Below are positions 48,659 to 57,300 of a DNA stretch of 64,000 bases, one piece after another. Under the pieces are notes generated by a model, which ran no database searches, was not told the origin of the DNA, and saw only the letters and a list, made by a program, of their open reading frames with translations. Every line of letters starts with the position of its first letter. Positions within the stretch are counted from its first letter, which is position 1. Source of the stretch: an uncultured Candidatus Melainabacteria bacterium (GTDB lineage Bacteria > Cyanobacteriota > Vampirovibrionia > Gastranaerophilales > Gastranaerophilaceae); assembly GCA_950096985.1 (NCBI GenBank), contig CATNBA010000004.1:5618-69617 (forward strand). Direction: 5' to 3'. A program made the translations under genes and the position numbers.

Positions 48659-49798
48659 TTAAAGCAGTGTTATATTATCACGGGTAATGATTGCGTCATA
48701 GTTTTTAAATCCAAGGATTTCCATAATGTTATCAGAATGACAGCCGATAACCTTTTCGCAGGAATCAGACCCGTAATTTACAATACCGCGGGCAATTTCA
48801 TTATGCTGTTCATCTAAGATAGAAATAACGTCACCTTTTTTAAATTCATTAATTACTTCACAGACCCCGATTGGCAATAAACTTTTTTGGGCAAGGAGAG
48901 CTTTTTTAGCTCCTTCATTAACAACTATTTTGCCGATAATGTTTGTAGCGTAACCAATCCAACGTTTTTTGTCTGATAATCCTTCACGCTGCGGCAAGAA
49001 CATTGTTCCTAATTCTTCGCCTTCAAAGATTTTTTTAATAATATAAGGAATTTTGCCGTTAGCGATTAAGACTTTACCGCCAAAACGTGTTACCATTCTG
49101 GCTGCTTCAAGTTTTGTACGCATTCCGCCTCTACCGCCTGATGAGGCATCTGTTCCAAGCGCAAGAACTTCGTCAGTAACTTCATCTACTTTTCTTATAA
49201 TATTTGCGTTTGGATTAACTTTGGGGTTTTCATCATAAAGACCTTCAATATCAGAAAGAATTACCAGTAAATCCGCATCAAGTTCTGATGCAACAAGTGC
49301 AGAGAGTTTGTCATTATCTGAAAAACATACCTGCATATGTTCATATTGCGGATCAACTTCAACTGTTGATACTGTATCATTCTGGTTGATAATAGGTACA
49401 ACACCAAGTTCCAGAAGTTTATTTAATGTAGTTCTAAGACTTAAATAGCGTTTTCTTAATGAGAAGTCATCTTCTGTTAAAAGAATTTGGGAAGATACAA
49501 GACCGTATGTATCAAATCCGTTTTCATAAATTGACATCAGTTTGCCTTGTCCGATAGCGGCGCATGCTTGTTTTAGAGCAACTCCTTCGGTACTTTCAAG
49601 TCCTAATCGTTTTTTGCCTAAGCCTACTGCTCCTGATGTTACGACAATGACTTCTTTGCCCTGTCTTGCAAGATGAGACAAATCTTCAATAAATGAAAAT
49701 ACTCTTGGGAGTGAAACATATCCGTCATCTCCCCTTAATACATTTGTGCCGAATTTGAAAACTATACGTTTTGCATTAATAAATTCTCTTCTATCCAT
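48659..49798 (-). CDS. proB: Glutamate 5-kinase with PUA domain
   Basis: IVFKFGT, VTSGAV, AAIGQ, INQND, DNDKLSA, GGMRTKLEAA, PUA domain. Confidence 0.96.
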   Translation of the reverse strand: MDRREFINAKRIVFKFGTNVLRGDDGYVSLPRVFSFIEDLSHLARQGKEVIVVTSGAVGLGKKRLGLESTEGVALKQACAAIGQGKLMSIYENGFDTYGLVSSQILLTEDDFSLRKRYLSLRTTLNKLLELGVVPIINQNDTVSTVEVDPQYEHMQVCFSDNDKLSALVASELDADLLVILSDIEGLYDENPKVNPNANIIRKVDEVTDEVLALGTDASSGGRGGMRTKLEAARMVTRFGGKVLIANGKIPYIIKKIFEGEELGTMFLPQREGLSDKKRWIGYATNIIGKIVVNEGAKKALLAQKSLLPIGVCEVINEFKKGDVISILDEQHNEIARGIVNYGSDSCEKVIGCHSDNIMEILGFKNYDAIITRDNITLL

Positions 49799-49871
49799 GG
49801 CTTAATTATATAATAAAAACTTGAAAAAGTTAAAAAAATATGATATTTTAAAGAAAAAGGAGATGGAAGTT

Positions 49872-50683
49872 ATGGAAAAAAGGCATAGTAGGAATTTCGG
49901 GGGGGGGGCACTCTAGGTTTTACTCTGGCAGAAATGTTAATCACACTGGGTATAATTGGTGTTGTTGCGGCGATGACGATTCCTGCATTGGTTTCTGAAC
50001 ATAGAGATAAGGTTAGAATAACTAAACTTAAGAAGGCTTATAGTACGCTTTCAAATGCATATATAACAGCAGTTAACCAATTTGGTGAAGTTGATAATTG
50101 GGATTTGCCCGAGTATAGTTATACAAGTCAAGAGTATGCTTCTGCGATAGGTGAAAAGTATACTAAAGTCTTAAATACTAATAAGATTTGTTCTATCAAA
50201 GAGGATTATAAAAAATGTTTTGCAGGAAAGCACAATGTACAATTGGCGCATCGTAAAAACTTTTTGGATGGAAGCGGTGCTTGAGGAGATGATTATTATA
50301 CTTTTATAACAGGTGGTCTGGTATATGGAATTTCACCTTATTTTGAAGATTTATCCAACAATAATCTTCATTATAAAAAATATTACGCAACAATAACTGT
50401 CTATTTAGAACCATATTTACCTTCAGGAAAAGCTAATGTGTATGGTAAAAATGTATTTGCTTTTCTTTTAACAAGTAAAGGTATAATTCCAGCAGGTATG
50501 GGTAATTATTCTAATTATAACAGTAATGTACCTTTTCCGTTTGATATATATTGTGTTGATGACAGCGGAAAATTAAAACGCGGCATGGGCTGTACGGCCT
50601 GGGTGCTCCAAAATCAGAATTTTGATTACTTAAAGTGTCCTGACAAGCTCGGCTGGAATAAAGCATCGAGTTGCAAGGATTAG
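49872..50683 (+). pseudogene. Type IV pilin-like gene, out of frame at a G10 tract and with one in-frame TGA
   Basis: AAGGAG RBS and ATG 49872; G10 at 49899-49908; GFTLAEMLITLGIIGVV needs G11 or G8; TGA 50282-50284, then the same frame stays open to TAG 50683 (CTAWVLQNQNFDYLKCPDKL). Confidence 0.8.
49899..49908 (+). repeat. Poly-G (G10) slippage tract in prepilin leader
   Basis: C-GGGGGGGGGG-C in an AT-rich context. Confidence 0.85.
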
Positions 50684-50706
50684 TTTTTAGTAATATACTA
50701 AAAATT

Positions 50707-51828
50707 ATGAAAAATGTCAGACAAACCAATATTAATATTCACCGGGACAGCTGGGTGGAAATTAACCTTGAAAATGTTTCGCATAATATGCGTTCTATCA
50801 AAAAAAATACACCCGTGGGAGTTAAACTTCTTGCGGTAGTGAAAGCAGATGCTTATGGACACGGGTCTGTTATGCTTGCGCCAACATTGCTTGCGTCGGG
50901 TGCGGATATGCTTGGTGTTGCGTCAATCGATGAGGGTGTTGATTTAAGACAGGCTAAAATTAATTGTGAAATTCTTGTACTGGGCGCAGTTCCTGTTTGG
51001 GCAGTAGAAACAGCCGTTAAAGCAGATTTGACTATTTCAATATTTTCAAAAGAACATCTTGATGCCTGTAAACAGGCATATATAAGAACGGGTATTAAAC
51101 CTAAAGTTCACGTAAAGCTTGATACGGGCATGAATAGAATAGGAATTTCTATCGATGATGCCGTTGAATTTATAAATAAAGTAAGAAATGCTGATTATCT
51201 TGACTTTGGCGGTATTTTTACACACCTGGCAAATGCAGAAAACAGAGAGAAAACTCAAATTCAGATTGACAGATGGAATAAAGTTATTTCGCAAATTAAT
51301 ACTGACGGTTTGATTTTGCATATTCTAAACACAGCAGGGGCAATGTGTTATGATGTGCCAAATTCAAATATGCACAGAGCCGGAATAGGTATTTACGGAC
51401 TTTATCCTGATTTGCCGCAAGGAAAAGTTAACAGACCTGACTTAAAACCTGTTATGTCACTAAAAGCACGAATTGTAAATATACATCAGGCAAATGACGG
51501 AGAAGGGGTAAGTTATGGGCATACCTTTACTGCGCACGGAGTTAGAAAAATTGCGACAATCCCTCTGGGGTATGCTGACGGAGTTCCGCGCTCGCTCTCT
51601 AATAAGATTTGTGGCGTTTTAAACGGTAAAGAAGTTTTTCAAATCGGTAATATTACTATGGATCAGATGATGTTTGATATTACAAATATTGAGGCGAATA
51701 CAGGCGATATAATAACGTTATTGGATGAAAATCATTCAATTGATGAATGGGCAAATATTTTAGGTACAATTAATTATGAATTGACCTGCCGTTTAAAGGT
51801 TAGGTTACCGAGGGTATATACAAGATGA
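50707..51828 (+). CDS. alr: Alanine racemase
   Basis: AVVKADAYGHG, KLDTGMNRIG, GEGVSYG, GYADG, TINYEL. Confidence 0.96.
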   Translation: MKNVRQTNINIHRDSWVEINLENVSHNMRSIKKNTPVGVKLLAVVKADAYGHGSVMLAPTLLASGADMLGVASIDEGVDLRQAKINCEILVLGAVPVWAVETAVKADLTISIFSKEHLDACKQAYIRTGIKPKVHVKLDTGMNRIGISIDDAVEFINKVRNADYLDFGGIFTHLANAENREKTQIQIDRWNKVISQINTDGLILHILNTAGAMCYDVPNSNMHRAGIGIYGLYPDLPQGKVNRPDLKPVMSLKARIVNIHQANDGEGVSYGHTFTAHGVRKIATIPLGYADGVPRSLSNKICGVLNGKEVFQIGNITMDQMMFDITNIEANTGDIITLLDENHSIDEWANILGTINYELTCRLKVRLPRVYTR

Positions 51829-53051
51829 AGTATGATTTAGGAATAATAGGTGGCGGTCCTGCGGGTTATACAGCGGCTTTTCAGGCAAGACAAAAAGGTT
51901 TGTCGGTTTTATTATTTGAAAAAGATAAAGTCGGCGGAGTTTGTTTAAATCGCGGATGTATTCCAACAAAAGCAATTTTACATTCTGCTGAACTGTTTGA
52001 AGAATTAAAATGTGCATCTGATTTGGGCATATCTGCTGAAAATGTTTCTGTAGATTACACCAAAGTTATTGAGCGCAAGAATAGTATCGTAGAGAAACTA
52101 AGGAAATCTCTTGAACTTTCACTCAAAAACGCCGGTGTGACAGTGGTTAACGCCGAAGCATCAATTGATAACGGAAAAATTATTGCAGACGGTGAAACAT
52201 ATATTTGTGAGCAAATTATTGCCGCTACAGGCTCTGTGCCAAGGGATTTTGAAGGGTTGAGGTTTGACCACGAATTTATTCTTAGCTCTGATGATATTTT
52301 GGAAATGACAGCACTGCCAAAAAGTATTGCAATAATCGGTTCTGGCGCAATAGGGATTGAATGGGCGCGAATTTTTTCTGCATTCGGTGTTGAGGTAAGT
52401 ATTGTTGAGCTTGCAGAGCATCTTTTGCCGCTTGCTGATGTTGAGGTTTCAAAACGCGTTGAAAGAATTTTCAAATCCAAAAAGATTAAAATGTATTTGA
52501 ATAACCGCGTTGAGAAAATTGAAAATCACGTTTTAACTCTTAAATCAGGTGATGTTCTTATGCCTGAGTGTATACTGCTTGCAGTGGGGAGAACTCCGTC
52601 TACACCAGCGTCGTCTTGCTCGCTCACGCTGGGCGATGCATGCGGGAAAATTCAACTTGCACATTTTGCGATAAAACAGGCTATTGCAGAAACTGCCGGG
52701 ATTGAGTTTGTTGAAACCCTTGTGCCGTCTGTAGTGTATGGGTGTCCTGAAATTGCCTGGGTCGGTAAACGAGAACAGGATTTGGATGAAGGAACGTATA
52801 CAAAATCAAATCTCCTTATTTCAGCACTTGGTAAATCTCATTGTGATAATTGTACTGAAGGCTTTATAAAAATTCTTTCACAAAACGGAAAAATTGTAGG
52901 TGCTCATATTGTGGCAAAAGAGGCATCAGCTTTAATTCAGCAAATAACAATCGCCATGCAGAATAACATGACGATTGATGATTTAAAGAAAGTTTGTTTT
53001 GCCCACCCGACATATTCGGAAGGGATTTTTGAGAGTTTGTTCAGACTGTGA
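51825..53051 (+). CDS. lpdA: Dihydrolipoyl dehydrogenase-like flavoprotein (internally shortened, 408 aa)
   Basis: GGGPAGY, GGVCLNRGCIPTK, GSGAIGIE, HPTYSE; precedes lipA. Confidence 0.85.
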   Translation: MKYDLGIIGGGPAGYTAAFQARQKGLSVLLFEKDKVGGVCLNRGCIPTKAILHSAELFEELKCASDLGISAENVSVDYTKVIERKNSIVEKLRKSLELSLKNAGVTVVNAEASIDNGKIIADGETYICEQIIAATGSVPRDFEGLRFDHEFILSSDDILEMTALPKSIAIIGSGAIGIEWARIFSAFGVEVSIVELAEHLLPLADVEVSKRVERIFKSKKIKMYLNNRVEKIENHVLTLKSGDVLMPECILLAVGRTPSTPASSCSLTLGDACGKIQLAHFAIKQAIAETAGIEFVETLVPSVVYGCPEIAWVGKREQDLDEGTYTKSNLLISALGKSHCDNCTEGFIKILSQNGKIVGAHIVAKEASALIQQITIAMQNNMTIDDLKKVCFAHPTYSEGIFESLFRL

Positions 53052-53076
53052 CTTGATGAAACTAAGTGTGCAGCAC

Positions 53077-53325
53077 TTAAATCGTACCTGTCCAAAACGG
53101 GGGTCTGCCAAAGTTCCAATATGTGTTTGTAGGATTGAAGTCTTTATGACGTCTTCTTTTCCATCTTTTTTTTGTTTCTTTTGTAGTTTGGCTAATCTGT
53201 TGAGTATCGCCTTCTACTGTTACTTCTGTTGTTGTTTCTTTGTAAGAACCAGGAACTTGATAAAGTTCTGCGTATGCACATCCTGCAAAGCATAATAAAC
53301 ATAAAATTGTCATTAATTTTTTCAT
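53077..53325 (-). CDS. Small exported hypothetical protein
   Basis: Signal peptide MKKLMTILCLLCFAGCAYA; AAGGA RBS; basic KKRWKRRRHK stretch. Confidence 0.65.
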   Translation of the reverse strand: MKKLMTILCLLCFAGCAYAELYQVPGSYKETTTEVTVEGDTQQISQTTKETKKRWKRRRHKDFNPTNTYWNFGRPPFWTGTI

Positions 53326-53400
53326 AGTAATTATCCTTTTTATTTACATTATAACCATTCAAAGCATGAAAATCAATATTTTTGCTATATAATTTAAATT

Positions 53401-54252
53401 ATGCAAAGAAGATTACCTGATTATTTAAAAAGACCGATTATTGACACTGATACAACCCGTACAGTCAGAAAAATTTTAAAAACAAAATGTTTAAATACGG
53501 TTTGTGAAAATGCCCGTTGTCCAAACAAAAACGAGTGCTATACAAAAAATACGGCAACTTTTTTGATTATGGGTAACAATTGTACACGAAATTGCCGCTA
53601 CTGTAATATATCTTGTAATCGACCCGAACCGTTAGATTTGAATGAACCAAAACATGTTGCAGAGGCAGTAAGAGATTTAGGACTTAAATATGCTGTAATA
53701 ACCTCTGTTACCCGTGACGATTTGCATGACGGCGGAGCCGAACATTTTGCAAGTTGTATATATGAAATTAGAAATATTTGTGCTGATATAAAAATTGAAA
53801 TTCTTACACCTGATTTTAAGGGTGATACTGATGCGCTTAAAACAATTATTAAAGCTCATCCTGATGTATTTAACCATAATATTGAAACTGTTCGTGAAGT
53901 TTTTAAGACTGCACGTCCACAGGGAAATTATGACTGCTCGCTTGAAGTCTTGAAGTACATAAAAGAAAATAGTGATATTTTAACAAAATCAGGATTGATG
54001 ATAGGTTTAGGCGAAACTTTTGAACAGATCGAAAATACTATGGCAGATTTAAGGTCTGTCGGGTGTGATATTTTGACAATTGGTCAGTATATTCAACCTT
54101 CAAAGGAGCATTTGGAAGTCTCAAAATATTATACACTTGATGAATATGAAGACTTGAAAACACTGGCAGGCAAAATCGGGTTTAAAAGTTTTCAGATAGG
54201 TCCTCTGGTCAGAAGTTCCTATAAAGCATCAGATATTGTTAATGTTTCTTAA
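53401..54252 (+). CDS. lipA: Lipoyl synthase
   Basis: CENARCPNKNEC auxiliary cluster, CTRNCRYC radical SAM motif, RSSY. Confidence 0.96.
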   Translation: MQRRLPDYLKRPIIDTDTTRTVRKILKTKCLNTVCENARCPNKNECYTKNTATFLIMGNNCTRNCRYCNISCNRPEPLDLNEPKHVAEAVRDLGLKYAVITSVTRDDLHDGGAEHFASCIYEIRNICADIKIEILTPDFKGDTDALKTIIKAHPDVFNHNIETVREVFKTARPQGNYDCSLEVLKYIKENSDILTKSGLMIGLGETFEQIENTMADLRSVGCDILTIGQYIQPSKEHLEVSKYYTLDEYEDLKTLAGKIGFKSFQIGPLVRSSYKASDIVNVS

Positions 54253-54304
54253 AATTATCCATTAGGCTATTTGCGTTTTTATTTTAACCGAGTACAATTA
54301 TTTT

Positions 54305-55129
54305 ATGGTAGCAGAGGAACAACTATATTCTGACATCCCGCCTACAAAGCTTAGGAACAAAGAGGAACAATTTAAACCAGCAAAAACTAATCGTTTTTGG
54401 CTGTGGGTTGCAAGCATGTTTTTCTTTAATATGCTACAAAATCGTTTTTATGCTTTTAGATATAAAGGTGTTGAAAATTATTATGAAGGCGATACAAATA
54501 TACCGACAATTCTTTTTGCGCCGCATTGCAACTGGTGGGACGGTATAGTTCTTTATAACATTACTCATAGAATTTTTCATAAAGAAATTCGTTTGATGGT
54601 TGAGGAATTGAATAGATTTCCACTTTTAAGACGTGGCGGTGCTTATTCTGTTAATAAAAAATCACCTCAGTCTGCAATGAAGGCTTTGCAATACTCTGTA
54701 GATGTTGTAGGCGATTTAAGAAACATGCTTTGTATTTTTCCGCAAGGAATTATCAGACCACCTCATTTCAGACCTATTGAATTTCAAACAGGGCTTGCAT
54801 ATATTGCGCAAAATGCAGTAAAAAAATATGGTAAAGTTAACTTAATTCCATGTGCTGTTGATTATTGTTTCTTTAGAGACAACAGACCGGAAGTCATTGT
54901 TGATTTCGGCAAACGTATAGAATTATCAAAAGATGCTCCTATAAACAGAAAAGATTTAACTCATATGCTTGAACAGGCATTGACACAAACTTGTGATGCT
55001 CAAGCATACGATATTTCACATGGTGAAGTTTCAAAATACAAAATTTTATTTAAGCAGCATCTAAAATGGTATAGACGTATTGAACAGCGTTTAAAAAGTA
55101 TTGATTTACCGCCTGTATCCGGTGTATAA
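54305..55129 (+). CDS. Lysophospholipid acyltransferase family protein
   Basis: HX4D motif (PHCNWWD), IFPQG. Confidence 0.85.
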   Translation: MVAEEQLYSDIPPTKLRNKEEQFKPAKTNRFWLWVASMFFFNMLQNRFYAFRYKGVENYYEGDTNIPTILFAPHCNWWDGIVLYNITHRIFHKEIRLMVEELNRFPLLRRGGAYSVNKKSPQSAMKALQYSVDVVGDLRNMLCIFPQGIIRPPHFRPIEFQTGLAYIAQNAVKKYGKVNLIPCAVDYCFFRDNRPEVIVDFGKRIELSKDAPINRKDLTHMLEQALTQTCDAQAYDISHGEVSKYKILFKQHLKWYRRIEQRLKSIDLPPVSGV

Positions 55130-55149
55130 AATTTTTCTAACCGTGCTTA

Positions 55150-56952
55150 CTATGCACTGTAACGTTTGAACGATTTTTCGATATTTTTTGATATTGTATT
55201 TTTAACAGTATCGTATTCTGTTGTAAGTGAAGAAATTTCAGTATCAAGATTTTTCATTTTTAAATCAATAGTTTGTTCTTTTGCATTTAATTTTGCTTTT
55301 TCAGTATTATATTTAGATTCTGCATAAGCAATTAATGTTTCGTCTGCAATTTCTTTTATATAAGTATCTGTAGCGTAATTACCCTGATAGTAATAGTTAT
55401 CATCTTTTACTCTTGAAATAAACATCATACCATTCTGTAGCATTTGTTGCAGATATTCATTATCATTAATTTTATTATTTTCAGTCCAGCCGTTTGCACA
55501 AATTTGGTTGAATAACATATCATAGAATGTTGCTTGACCAAGGTCATCACTTGATACTTCAGAACCGATTTTCCATACGTATTCGAATGTTTGGTTATTT
55601 TGAGCCATGTTATTGGAGGCAACATGTCTTTTTGTAGAATCGTCAAAATTGATATCAAATACTTGAGTACCATCTTTGTTGGTTTCTGAAATACCATTCA
55701 TATAATCTGCAAAAAATGTTAAGAAAACTTTTGCGATGTTGTTTAAGTTAACAGATGCAGTAGATTTATCATAACCATCATCATGCCATCCTTCTTGTTC
55801 ATTGGAAGTTGTTTGAAAACCTATATAGTTTTTACTTTCTGTTGCCCAGTTTACATCTTTATGGTGGTGGTCATTTGTTTCTGTAGTTGTACCTGTTGAA
55901 TTTATATAGCCGTTAACGTATCGATCATCACCATCATTTGTTGAAAAGTGTTCAGAATCTACACCATTATCGTTAGATATATTATATTTTTTATCATTAT
56001 GCATGAAGTTAATCCAATGATCTCTTCCTTCCGGATCAGAATCAACGTAAATATTTCTTGTTTGTTTTTCAGCATATTCAAGAGCTTTTGCAGTAAACCC
56101 GTCGCCTAAATCTAATACTGCTGAAAATTCGTCAACTAACCAGTCAATAAATCCTCCAGTTTCGCCTAATTTTTGTTGCATGAAAGCAACCCCAATAACA
56201 GGAGTTTGTTCCCCATTTGGAGAACGGTAATCTAAATAATATTGATGTTCGTCGCTTAATAACTCCGCTAAGGACATCTGAGTTGAAACTTCATTTGTGC
56301 TATTGTATTTTCTCGATCCATCAACAATTTGAGCGAATTCCATTTCGTCGCCTTTGCCTTTGTTGTTTGTACATCCTAAACCTTGGGTTGTCATTGTAAA
56401 TGCAGTACCGTTGTTGTTTTTTAACATTTCAACAAAATCAGAATAATTACCTTGTTCTGTCAGAACAGCTACAGTAGCTCCGCCACCAAATCCGGCAGCC
56501 TGATTATATGGTAATCCTGTAATTGTATTTGCCAGTTTACTTGTAATAAGTCCTTCTTTAGCCAGACCTTCAATAAATGCATTACGCATACCTTCAGACG
56601 GTAATGTTCCTAAACCTTCTTGAGGAATACCTGCTGCACGTGCAACAGCTGCATATTTTGAATTCAAGGTAACTCTGCCCAAGGAATCGGAAATAATTGT
56701 AGGCATGTAATTATTTAAAGCAGACGGATTCATTAAAATTCCGTATGAAAGCTGCATGCTTGTATCACCTTTGCCATAATAATCATAAACTAATTTTGTT
56801 TGATTTAATGAATTCTGATATTCATTTGAAAGGTCAGCAAGTTCTCTCGCCAATGCAATCTTTTGGTGAGATAAACGCATAGATTCAAATTCACAGTCAG
56901 ATTTTCTGCCTGTTATGGATAATAATCTAGCTTGTCCTGCTGCTAATCCCAT
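55150..56952 (-). CDS. MGxAAxQARLLSIT-family protein (600 aa paralogue)
   Basis: MGLAAGQARLLSITGRK...; C-terminal LDTEISSLTTEYDTVKNTISKNIEKSFKRYS; AAGGG RBS. Confidence 0.85.
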   Translation of the reverse strand: MGLAAGQARLLSITGRKSDCEFESMRLSHQKIALARELADLSNEYQNSLNQTKLVYDYYGKGDTSMQLSYGILMNPSALNNYMPTIISDSLGRVTLNSKYAAVARAAGIPQEGLGTLPSEGMRNAFIEGLAKEGLITSKLANTITGLPYNQAAGFGGGATVAVLTEQGNYSDFVEMLKNNNGTAFTMTTQGLGCTNNKGKGDEMEFAQIVDGSRKYNSTNEVSTQMSLAELLSDEHQYYLDYRSPNGEQTPVIGVAFMQQKLGETGGFIDWLVDEFSAVLDLGDGFTAKALEYAEKQTRNIYVDSDPEGRDHWINFMHNDKKYNISNDNGVDSEHFSTNDGDDRYVNGYINSTGTTTETNDHHHKDVNWATESKNYIGFQTTSNEQEGWHDDGYDKSTASVNLNNIAKVFLTFFADYMNGISETNKDGTQVFDINFDDSTKRHVASNNMAQNNQTFEYVWKIGSEVSSDDLGQATFYDMLFNQICANGWTENNKINDNEYLQQMLQNGMMFISRVKDDNYYYQGNYATDTYIKEIADETLIAYAESKYNTEKAKLNAKEQTIDLKMKNLDTEISSLTTEYDTVKNTISKNIEKSFKRYSA

Positions 56953-57050
56953 TCTTTACCCTTTCTTGTAAATCTTGGTTGCGATTTTTTAGGTTTTGGT
57001 CAGAGACTGAAGCCTCCGTTTTTCCTTTCAAAATCAGTAACGTTCATGTA

Positions 57051-57087
57051 GAATTACGGAATTATTGGTTGAAAACTTTAAAAACAT
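57051..57087 (-). promoter_or_regulatory. Putative sigma28-like promoter
   Basis: Minus strand ATGTTTTTAAAGTTT...TCCGTAAT; same spacing as 16337-16370. Confidence 0.45.
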
Positions 57088-57300
57088 ACTTGTTTTTTGT
57101 AACAATTGTTTACAATCTAAAATAAGTGTAAATCAGTCCCTATTAAGTATTGTAAAATTACTACCAATGTAATACTTATGATTGATGAGAAATTTTGAAA
57201 AAGTGGTATAATATAAGTAAGGTAAATTGAAATCAGAATAAAATTTTAATTCCGTTGCGGGTGCGGAAACTGTTATTATTATCAGAAAGGCGGAAGTAAA

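Noticed and set aside
50282-50284. TGA as selenocysteine or genome-wide recoding
   Set aside because: Several genes end in TGA (ruvC, lpdA, TolC-type overlaps with ATGA), no SECIS-like hairpin is evident and pilins are not selenoproteins; nonsense mutation is simpler
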